64,000 nt of DNA from Glycera tridactyla (taxonomy: Eukaryota): NCBI GenBank assembly GCA_965644265.1, contig OZ286459.1, positions 24,552,001 to 24,616,000 on the forward strand, in the 5' to 3' direction. The notes beneath the pieces were generated by a model. The model was not told the origin of the DNA, did not search any database, and saw only the letters and a list, made by a program, of their open reading frames with translations. This document shows positions 24,477 through 34,573 of this stretch, piece by piece (position 1 is the first letter of the stretch; the number at the start of each line of letters is the position of its first letter). The position numbers and the translations under genes were made by a program.

Positions 24477-26500
24477 AAAAGTTAGTTTCATTCAACTGTG
24501 GTTATAGATTACCCCACTTAGGTATCCGTTGATGATCTAACAATAAATAAAGTCCACAAAAGAATTAAATCTAAGTCGTGCCGTGTAGCAGAGACCAACT
24601 TTGCTTGCACTNNNNNNNNNNNNNNNNNNNNNNNNNNNNNNNNNNNNNNNNNNNNNNNNNNNNNNNNNNNNNNNNNNNNNNNNNNNNNNNNNNNNNNNNN
24701 NNNNNNNNNNNNNNNNNNNNNNNNNNNNNNNNNNNNNNNNNNNTGCTAACACCAGTCTGCCATCAAATCCTGAGCTTTGTTGCCAGACATATTGGAGTGG
24801 GGGGCTCCCTCACATGCCCACTCACGTACTCACTCTTACACATACATTTAAATCCTATCCCTTAGAAGTGCTACAATATTACAGCAGAAATACATTACAT
24901 GTGGCAGTCATGTATACCCATACACTCTCATGAGTGCATACCCATATCCACATACATTATCACTAAACAGATCCTGTGTAGGATCATTACATACCAAAAG
25001 ATAGGCATCAACCAATAGTAGATCTTCTACACTTTGAGAACACATGGCATGATATCTGCATCCAAGCTTCATTTCACCGTTTCCATTTAACACATGTGAG
25101 AGACAAGTAAGGTAATGAAAGGATAAATAAATGAATAAATAAACCTTAGGTTTCAAAGAGCCATGAAAGGGTGACAGAACTTGGAGTACAACTCCCGGGG
25201 TTTATATTCAAGACAAGGTGTAATAACCATCTGACTTTGTTATGTTCACACACACGCACCCAGCACATAATATTCTCAGGTCCATTTGGCAGATAGAGAA
25301 ATACTTGTGCACCTCTCAGCTCACATCAACAGTCCCGATAATGAGATGTGTCAATTACTAAAGATTTCACTTATTGTCATCAGTTGTGTTTCTCACACAC
25401 AAGCCCAGGATACATGTGTCAATATTCAGGTTTGTTCATGCGTGCACTCATTTACGCACCAACACCTTTGCCAATACAAGGTAGGTCTATTACCCTGGGG
25501 ACACACAGCTTAGACATCTGCACAGTGCATCTGGCTTACACCAGTTAAAGTTGGTTTCATTCAACTGTGGTTATAGACTACCACACTTAGGTATCCGTTG
25601 ATGATCTAACAGTGAATAAAATAAATGTCCACAATAAAATAAATCTAAGTTGTACCGTGTAGCAGAGACCAACNNNNNNNNNNNNNNNNNNNNNNNNNNN
25701 NNNNNNNNNNNNNNNNNNNNNNNNNNNNNNNNNNNNNNNNNNNNNNNNNNNNNNNNNNNNNNNNNNNNNNNNNNNNNNNNNNNNNNNNNNNNNNNNNNNN
25801 NNNNNNACACACTTACAAACTCCCATGAGTTCATCAGGATGCTAACACCAGTCTGCCATCAATTCTCAGCTTTGTTGCCAGACATATTGGAGTGAGGGCT
25901 CCCTCACATGCTCAATCACGTACTCACTCTTACACATACATTTAAAATCCTATCCCATGAATTGCTACAATATTACAGCAGAAATATATTACATGTGGCA
26001 GTAGTGTATACCCATACACTTTCATGAGTGCATCCCCATATCCACATACATCCTCACCAACCAGATCCTGTGTAGGATCATTACATACAGAAGCATAGGC
26101 ATCAACCAATCGTAGATCTTCTACACTTTGAGAACACATGGCATGATATCTGCATCCACGCTTCATTTCACAGTTTCCATTTTACCCTTGTGAGAGACAA
26201 GTCAGGTAATGGAGGAATAGATAAATGAGTAAATAAACCTTAGGTCTTAAAGAGCCATGAGAAGGTGACAGAACTTGGAGTACAACTCCCGGGGTTTATA
26301 TTCAAGACAAGGGGTAATAACCATCTGACTTTGTTATGTTCACACACACGCACCCAACACATAATATTCTCAGATTCCATATGGCAGATGGAGAAATACT
26401 TGCGCACCTCTCAACTCACATCAACAGTCCCGATAATGAGATGTGTTAATTACAAAATGTTCTTTCTTTAGTTTTCACCAGTTCACATATTGTCATCAGT
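24477..26500. repeat. Tandem duplication (~1.07-kb period, ~90% identity) filling the LINE ORF1-ORF2 spacer
   Basis: aaagtt(a/g)gtttcattcaactgtggttataga at ~24478 and ~25547. The units stay collinear through cattatcgggactg-like ends (reverse complement). Each contains an N block at the same position. Confidence 0.9.
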
Positions 26501-26644
26501 TATGATCCTCATGACACTTGTCAAACATTACGCATGCATACCCACATGCACGCACTCATATGCGACATACATATCCACACACCCATCCAATATCAGTTAT
26601 ACAGATACACTCGGTTGGTCTACGAGTCTGGAACAAAGCTCATT

Positions 26645-27745
26645 CTAATACCAAGCATTGGAGTGGGCACTACGTTGACAGTTATTGTAATTGTCATTGT
26701 TTCCACTCTGGGTTTGTTGCAGCGACTGCCAGTTTTGTTGTTGTAGTTGCCAGTTATTTTGCCAGTCTGTGGGCGCCGAGAAATGAGCTGGTCGATTCGC
26801 GTTTGGTAATTGCCCTGAGAAAAAAGGTGGGGCGTTTGGACGCAAGTCATAATTTGGTTGATGGATGGGGTACGTGGTGTTTATCGGGTTTTGCGGGGTT
26901 CCTAGCCAATTGTTGTTTCGGACTCGGAGATGAGTACGTTGGTAATAACCAGAGGGCGGGGGTCTTTGGCGCTGATAAGGGCCCGGTCTCCCGAGGGGGG
27001 GCGGCATGGTTACATTCTGGCGGGGGTCATTCGGCGGGTCAGTTTTCATGTCATTATTCATGGAATGAGGATTCGATCTATCTCGCTGAGGATTCTGGGC
27101 TATACCACTAGGTTCATCTTTGCCATTGTCAGTGGCTGGTAACTCGTTGGGTACTATTGTTACTGCAGGGGTTGGGGGTGGGGGGGCCCTTGACTTTGAT
27201 GGGGGCGTGGCATTCAAGAGCTCCTTGGTCACCATCTCAGGTAAGGTCCCATGTCCCCGTGTGGCCCAGATGATCCCATCATGCGTCCAGACTTTGGTGA
27301 ACACCCCACGTTTCTTCGCCTCCCTAGCATCATAAAAGACACTGTTCTGCTTGGATATCAGATATTCTTTCACAAACACTCTTGTACCTTTGAGACAGCC
27401 CTTCAGTCTCATGACATGTCGCTTGAGATCAACATCTTTAAACTTGACGGCCACAGGGCGGTTATTCCGACCATGTCGGCCCACAAATGAACACTTTACT
27501 ATCTGATTTTCAGTAATATTCAAACCCATGTAGAAGTTTAGACAGTATAACACATTGGCAGTGACAGAGAAACTTGGATCAATATCTGCACCTTCTACTA
27601 GTATACAGTCAAGCCTGTCTAGACTCTCAAGGCTGTCAATTCGAGTGTCCAACTTATCAATTCTGGAGGGTGAATCACCTGTGGTCTCAAGTTTGTCAAC
27701 TCTGGATTTGAGTAGGCACGTTCTATCTTCAGTAGATTTAATCAA
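26645..27745 (-). CDS. LINE ORF1 C-terminal part: coiled coil, L1-ORF1-like RRM and CTD, then a P/Q/N-rich tail (no ATG; the track uses TTG)
   Basis: RVDKLE..RIDSLE heptads; RPVAVKF...LKGTRVFVKEYL...AREAKK...KVWTHDGIIW, typical of the transposase_22-like ORF1 of CR1-group LINEs. Confidence 0.8.
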   Translation of the reverse strand: MIKSTEDRTCLLKSRVDKLETTGDSPSRIDKLDTRIDSLESLDRLDCILVEGADIDPSFSVTANVLYCLNFYMGLNITENQIVKCSFVGRHGRNNRPVAVKFKDVDLKRHVMRLKGCLKGTRVFVKEYLISKQNSVFYDAREAKKRGVFTKVWTHDGIIWATRGHGTLPEMVTKELLNATPPSKSRAPPPPTPAVTIVPNELPATDNGKDEPSGIAQNPQRDRSNPHSMNNDMKTDPPNDPRQNVTMPPPLGRPGPYQRQRPPPSGYYQRTHLRVRNNNWLGTPQNPINTTYPIHQPNYDLRPNAPPFFSGQLPNANRPAHFSAPTDWQNNWQLQQQNWQSLQQTQSGNNDNYNNCQRSAHSNAWY

Positions 27746-29103
27746 GCCAGTTTTTCAAGATGCTTGGTGTCACCAGCGGGCGTCTTGGTTGGGGGTGTGC
27801 CTACGAGTTGTTGGACCAACGGTGGCGGGGCGGTTGGCAGGGCTTGGGCATGGGGCTGATTTTTCCCGCTCGTGAGAGATTTGAGTTCCTTCTGCAGCTG
27901 GTTGACTTTTAACTCTAGGGAGGCCATATCCTTAGTGACTTCACTAATAAGAGTGCCACGAATGTTAGTTTCGAGAGTTGGGATGGCTGATTGGAACGGA
28001 TTATCCAGTTTGCTAGCAAATGATGACAGTAGCGCCTTTTCAGTTTGTGCCATTTTCGATGAAATCATGTCCTGCATGAGTGTCTGGAAATGGGATGTCA
28101 GTTCGTTTCTCAATGAACACATGGATTTTTCTGAAATTTGGAACTCAGCCTGGGTGGCATGATCGCTGGTTGGACGGGTCAGGGGGTTTTCATTTGATTG
28201 CAAATCAGCTGTCATTTTGTTGCCCTTGTTCGTGACAGCATCACCTTGACCAGGGGCAATCCTCTGCGAGGGGGGTGTGTCAGGTGGGTCAGTCGCCATT
28301 TCTTCACTGCCGATTTGCGAAGTAAGGGTATTTTCTTCATCATTGGGCATTCCCTTGTTCATACCGCACTCATCACCGGTTTGCTGCGATTCATCTGCGA
28401 CTACTATTGTGTCTTCTTTGGGTGGCGAAACATACATATTTAACCGCTTGGGACTCTTATCATCATCAAGAGAGGCAGGGGACCCATGAGCACGCTTGCG
28501 TTCTGGTTGGCTAGTTAGGCACTTAGACGGCTGTAGGAGTTGCATGAAGGGGTCGTCAGCGTCAGTTGCTGGTATAGGGGCACTTTTCACAGGTCGTACT
28601 GGTGTATCGATAATTTCCATGCTACTATCCAAATCACTTTGAATTACATGGGGGTTGTTTGCCAGATCACCTAAGCATTGCTCAGTTTGAGTTAGATTAA
28701 GTTCCGATGTCTGCAAAAAGTTTATTGCATCAGACACGTTTGTGTTTGGTTCAATGACACGCTGTTGTTTGGGTAGCTCACATTTGAAGTCAAGACGATT
28801 GACAGCTACAAAAGTCGGGGTATATAGCTTCGGGTCCTCATTGAAAAGCGAGGGCAGGGAAGTCGATTTTGTACTGATTGACTTGTCGAAGGTGGGCCAT
28901 TTTTGTTCTTGACTGGGATCAGCAGCAACATTAAGACACATAGTTGCTAATGGCGAGGGGCTGGATCTATTTGAGATACAAGAGTCAGTCACTTCTATAG
29001 ATCCATCAGATTTTGCCGAGTCTGGTAGTGGTACATTTCGGATGGATTGATCTACGCAGGCAGGCGTTTCTGAGGAGTTGACACTCAGACTGGGACCATC
29101 CAT
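27742..29103 (-). CDS. LINE ORF1 N-terminal part, 453 aa, S/P/T/D-rich and probably disordered, with a C-terminal coiled coil
   Basis: Open ATG-initiated frame inside the TSD-bounded LINE; heptad region EVTKDMASLELKVNQLQKELKSL. No recognisable domain in the first ~300 aa. Confidence 0.7.
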   Translation of the reverse strand: MDGPSLSVNSSETPACVDQSIRNVPLPDSAKSDGSIEVTDSCISNRSSPSPLATMCLNVAADPSQEQKWPTFDKSISTKSTSLPSLFNEDPKLYTPTFVAVNRLDFKCELPKQQRVIEPNTNVSDAINFLQTSELNLTQTEQCLGDLANNPHVIQSDLDSSMEIIDTPVRPVKSAPIPATDADDPFMQLLQPSKCLTSQPERKRAHGSPASLDDDKSPKRLNMYVSPPKEDTIVVADESQQTGDECGMNKGMPNDEENTLTSQIGSEEMATDPPDTPPSQRIAPGQGDAVTNKGNKMTADLQSNENPLTRPTSDHATQAEFQISEKSMCSLRNELTSHFQTLMQDMISSKMAQTEKALLSSFASKLDNPFQSAIPTLETNIRGTLISEVTKDMASLELKVNQLQKELKSLTSGKNQPHAQALPTAPPPLVQQLVGTPPTKTPAGDTKHLEKLA

Positions 29104-29252
29104 GTTGTCCGCCGGTTGCGCGTCGTGGTTGGCGACTTGGTTGGCAACGAAGTTTGGACTCTAAACACCCCGACTGTCACCCAACTTACCCTCAGTTAGT
29201 GAGGTAAAGAAGTTCCTAATCGTAAAGCCAGCAAAAAGATTCCCTTTTTCTG

Positions 29253-29543
29253 ATCGGCGTCGTCGTGAAGCTTTTGTCCTCTTATCCATCATATATAAAA
29301 CATTATCGCCGATTTTGCCGGTTTTTGCCGTGAGAAGAAAGCTCGTCGGCGGCCATCAGTCCCTGCATCGGCGTCGTCGTGAAGCTTTTGTCCTCTTATC
29401 CATCATATATAAAACATTATCGCCGATTTTGCCGGTTTTTGCCGATTTTACCGGTTTTTGACGATTTTTTGCCGATTTTGCCGTGATAAGAACGCCGGTA
29501 AGCTCTCCCCCGCGAAAGTGCGACTTCACTCGTCAGCGGCCAT
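29253..29543 (-). promoter_or_regulatory. LINE 5' UTR with two tandem monomers (putative internal promoter)
   Basis: Sense strand starts ATGGCCGCTGACGAG (29543) and again ATGGCCGCCGACGAG (29356). A 78-bp identical block lies at 29253-29330 and 29367-29444, with 10-bp CGGCAAAA(A/T) repeats. Confidence 0.6.
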
Positions 29544-32500
29544 CCTATTGATGAATGGATGACATTGTCTATTCTGTTTCCCTCCAAGAACGCCCCTTAT
29601 TCCCATGAAAATGCCCCCATTATCAGAGAGGGGAGCATTTCCCCACCTGAAGTCAATTTATAGATTGATCACTCGAATCATCGCTGTATGATGGAGGCCA
29701 CTGAATGGCGGGTCAGATACAATGGTGAATATGTATGACAATGGTGTGGTTCAGTTACAGAGAGATATATTAGGCTACTGATTGCTACAGACCATATAGA
29801 TAATATATAACATCCGATATGTCTCTCATTGTGTACATATGGCGTGATACATCAAATTATTAGGTGTACCGGGTCTAAAGAATTCTCCCTAGTGCTGGTA
29901 GGATAAGATCGCTTGTTCACACGTAGGNNNNNNNNNNNNNNNNNNNNNNNNNNNNNNNNNNNNNNNNNNNNNNNNNNNNNNNNNNNNNNNNNNNNNNNNN
30001 NNNNNNNNNNNNNNNNNNNNNNNNNNNNNNNNNNNNNNNNNNNNNNNNNNNNNNNNNNNNNNNNNNNNNNNNNNNNNNNNNNGTGGGTGGGTGGTTGTGT
30101 GGATGGGTTGGTTTCAGTGGGCAGTACGGTTCGGTTGGGTGTGTAGGTGAGCGAGTGGTTTAATAGTTATGTGGGTGGGTGGGTGCTTGGGCAGACGGTT
30201 GATAGGTAGGAAGAGGGAGGGAGAGGGAAGGAGAGAGGGAGAAAAAAAGTGAGGAAGAGAGGTCAGAAGGAAAGTGACAGCTTGGGTAGAAAGTGAGAAA
30301 TTGAGACAGAGTAAAGCTGATTGGTAGATAGGGATAGAAAATCCTCAGAGATATCAGGAGTAAAATNNNNNNNNNNNNNNNNNNNNNNNNNNNNNNNNNN
30401 NNNNNNNNNNNNNNNNNNNNNNNNNNNNNNNNNNNNNNNNNNNNNNNNNNNNNNNNNNNNNNNNNNNNNNNNNNNNNNNNNNNNNNNNNNNNNNNNNNNN
30501 NNNNNNNNCTGAAGAGAGAGAAAGAGAGAAATAGAGAAGAGGGTTGAAACAGAGAGCGAATGAGATGAACGACTCAGGGATCAACTGTGTCAGAGCAATT
30601 TTGCTCTTGTGTTGAAAGTTTTGATCAGTCATGCCATCAAGAGAGTGGAATATAAACTACTAACTCAAAAGCACTCTCTTTGATTACTCCAACATCCACA
30701 CAGAGGTGTATCTTTCTCTGAAGCTTCATCCACAACCCTGGGTTGTGGTTGATACATGAATCCTGGTGATTGAAGATGGACATACTAATTCAAACACAGC
30801 ATCTTCGACTCTAATGTAATGTTACCTTCCAATGAGTACCAAGAATAAATTGATATTCAAATGATCCCAGCGGTGACCATGAGCATGTTCAGTCTAAACA
30901 CGGTATCTTTGACTTTTATGTTATTCCTTCTTACTATGAGACCAAGGAGGGTAGTCTCGAATGACAGCACCGATTTCAATGGGCATATTCAATCCAAAAA
31001 TGTTTTTTTTATTTCCATACTGGTCTCCCTTTCGATGGGGTCCAAGAGTACGAGTCCTAAACTCTTCCACTGGGGCCTATTGCATGCGTTTCGATGTAGC
31101 TCTGGTGAATTAGGTGTAACCAAGAATAATAAAACGATCAACAAGTTAACAACAATAACTACCCCAGATGTTAAATAGAAGCAGGCATGCTATACCTGAC
31201 TTGTTTATATTTCCTGTGAAATACGTTGTCTTTTCCGTCAATTTATTGAATAATCTTCAGTTGGGGTCCTATGAAGGGTAGACATGAAGGGTCTCTCTCA
31301 CCTTTTGCCTCATGAAAAGGCGTCTGGATGAAACTAGTATGGTGCTCATGAGCCGATATTCAGACCTTTGCATTGTTCGTGGAAAGCAGTTTGCAGCAGC
31401 ATCAATACTGAGATTTCAAACTTGAAGTCAGTTACATAACAAAAAATCGATGACAATGATGACGGACTGGTATCTCTCACCAGACAGCAGTGGCGTGTAA
31501 GACAGAAATTGCCAGAAACGTCACCTTGGATATCTTTTGACGTCAGAAATTTTCACCTTCACTGTGGACACCCACACCCAGGAGGAGTTGTCACATATGC
31601 GATTCTACCCTTTCCGAATTCATCAACATGTCCACATAGCACATATTATTCTTAGGACACAGAAAGATCATCGGTATCACCTGGTGTGGAATCTTTCTGC
31701 ATGCTTGAAGACTACCATGTTCTTGCTTTCATACCAATATCTGATGTCAGACCATATTTGGGATAATTAATCAGAAATCTTGTTCTGAACAACAACCAAT
31801 ATATTACACATGAAGGGCTATATATGACCTGACATCATTTGATCCTCGAAAATCATCAGCAGCAACTGAAAGGGAATCTTTCTACTTGCCTTGAAGACTG
31901 CTGTGTTCTTGCTTTTATACCAATATCTGATCTGGGCCATAATTCAGGGATTAATCAGAAATTATTTTCTTAACAACAACCAACATATACTCCGTGAAGT
32001 GCTATGAATTTGATTTTCGAAAGGATGACGCATTGATCTCTCAAATCAATTCCAACCGGGCAATGATTGAAGCCAAGGCTTCGCAAAAAGAACTCAATTG
32101 TCATTTCTATTTCTGACTGAATCGATGCACATGCCACTTTGTTGTAGCCCAGAGCTAGACAACATCAAATATGAAACTGATTAACATTTATTCTGATTGT
32201 TTGTGAGAGTCGCGCCCATAGCGAGAGGCGGCACTAATAAATCAAATGTCTCTCAGGAGTGGAAATGAGATTATGAGAAGTTATAACCATGTTTTACTTT
32301 CTGTTATGCATGTGACATTCACATCCCGCAGCTACCTTCATCTAACACTCACCCAACACTTGAGGTGTCATATGGTGAGAGAAGATATCTATAGGCCTAT
32401 CTTTTACCCACATGTCTCATGAATATGATATCAACTCTCGGTCTCCCTATTGATCGGAAAGTATCCCTTAGACAGAGAATGTTGTGAAATATCCATCATC

Positions 32501-33987
32501 GTGAACGAAATTGACAATGATGACTGTTTTGGCACGAATTTTCATATGTATATTTTCCCAGTAATTGCACCATGTAGGGTTCACTGACTATCGAAACTGA
32601 TTTTCACTTACCTGTGTTCGAGTTGAGATGGTTGCTTTGGGGTTCAACACCCCTCCTATCACCACCAACACCACCACCATTACCACCACCATTACCACCA
32701 CCACCACCACTGGCAATTGCAATAAATATGATTCACCTGTCTTTATCCTGAACTTTTCAGTTACCCGATCCACTGAGAAACCATCATCATGACTCATGGA
32801 TATCCAGCAGGGTGCCGGTAAACAAGAGAAAATCCAACAATATGACAGGCTTTCCCTATATGTATCTCAGATTGTGATTTATGTATTGCCAATCTAGCAT
32901 AGAAAGCAGAACTATTATCAGTTGCCACTAGGTGCTACTCTGAGCAGTAGACACATCACCAATTTGCTGTTGATGTCAATAGCTAGCAGCGTACCGACTG
33001 TGGCTGGCCTTTTTTAATGGGAGTCTGTACCTGTATGCACATGAAAGGACCATCGCTGTCTTTCGCAAAGAGTAGAGATGGCCCCGGCAGCGATGCCTCT
33101 TTTCTCTAACTTATTCAGTTTTTTAGTCCGATATAACCTAAGGTTGTGTCTTTTCTCTAACTTATTCAGTTCTTAAGTCCGATATAACCTAAGGTTGTGG
33201 AAAGAAGGTTTAAACCCAAACGAACAAACAAACATTCATTGAAACGCTCTCGCAATAAGAATGGGTGGCACCGTTAGTGGGAATTGCCAACATCATGGCA
33301 GGGCTCGATGACATATATGAGATTGTCTGAAATGACACCATGAATTTTCACAATTTCCATACATTTAACATTCAACTGAAGACCTAGGAAAAGGAGCAGG
33401 AGCAGGCGTAGGGGAACGTGTATTGGATGATCCCACCCATACCAATCGCATGTATGACTCGGTAGAGTCACAATTATAATGTGTGCTCACGAGACATTAG
33501 AGCAACCAAGGAAACATACTGAAACTGCAAAAAAGGGATTACAATAGATATAAGAATATCCGTTATCTCAAGATTAATATTGTTAAACCAATTTTCCCCT
33601 AGACAAACAAAAACTCGGTGAAAGTCTAGCAGATATCAGTTTCTCCCGATAGGGTACCTCATTACATATCTATGCTAGCAGCCGAAACGGGAGCTAGAAT
33701 TTTTTCAAACTTAATATAGGAGAGCAATTTGTCAGAGCGATTTTTCAGCATTTTTGTGGGCGCACTTTGATGCAATGCATCAAGTTGTCCTCATTGTTGC
33801 TCCATTGTAGTGGATTGATGAGTACTGCTGAGGTGATATCTCACTAAAGCGATAGCTGGAACTGTGGGAACATAGATAATCACAAGTTTGAATGCAGATG
33901 TAATATATGTGTCTCTGTACTCCCATCACTTCAATCCAGCGAAATGAAAAGAATAGATCAGTCTAGAGTTTTGGATGAAGTCACTTG

Positions 33988-34573
33988 TCGTCTAATTATT
34001 ATCTAATATGGGGATTTGAAAAGATTCAAGACCTTCATCCCTGGACAGTAAGCCTTCAAATTTTCTCAGGCAACCATTATGATTCTGTACTTTGCAAAAT
34101 CGTCACCGTTTGAGCACTATCTTCTCATTGATATGAAATATGGCCACACCAACGGCCTTCTGACTTCATTCATTCAAAATATACTGGGTAGAGATTGAGT
34201 GGAATGGATCATATCTCACTTGGTAATCCTCCCAAAGAATGTCACGAAGCCCCAACTGTGTGAATTTGAGAGGGCTTTTTCGATAGATCAATGACCCTAT
34301 TCGAAAAAGTACTAATCAGTAAACGGCAACACAAACAAGATGGTTGATGAATTGAATTGCTCCAATGACCAATTTGGTTGATGAATACAATTGTATCGAC
34401 ACATAAAGAGTACAGTTACCGCAAAGGTTATTTCATATCAATGAGAAATTCAAAATAGTGCTCAGACGGTGTACAGAATCATGATGATTGCCTGAGAAAA
34501 TTCAAAAGCTGACTGTCCAGAAATGAAGGTCTCGAATCTTTTCAAATCCCCATTTCAGATGAAAATTAGACGA
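33988..34573. repeat. Short inverted repeat: ~150-bp arms (33988-34140 / 34429-34573) around a core homologous to the 6769-6995 loop; mirrored at 48144-48731
   Basis: tggggatttgaaaagattcaagaccttcat...ttctcattgatatgaaata pairs with tatttcatatcaatgagaa...gaaggtctcgaatcttttcaaatcccca. Confidence 0.9.

Larger units (their letters stand above)
20106..29543 (-). mobile_element. Full-length CR1-group (CR1/L2/Crack-like) non-LTR retrotransposon, 9.44 kb
   Basis: 5-bp TSD CCTAT (20101-20105, 29544-29548). Empty site gaaagc-cctat-tgatg in the right arm (~53333-53350, reverse complement). 3' tail (ATGTT)4 after ATTAAA. Order is ORF1 then APE-RT ORF2; 5' end ATGGCCGCTGACGAG. Confidence 0.93.

Noticed and set aside
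24908-26166. Short ORF (82 and 74 aa, CRYHAMCSQSVEDL) in both LINE spacer units
   Set aside because: Only ~54 shared codons at ~90% identity, which is compatible with chance; no known motif.
22090-28489. Plus-strand ORFs overlapping the LINE (e.g. 22470-22760, 26518-27111, 27555-27875)
   Set aside because: Antisense shadows of ORF1/ORF2 with no independent motifs.
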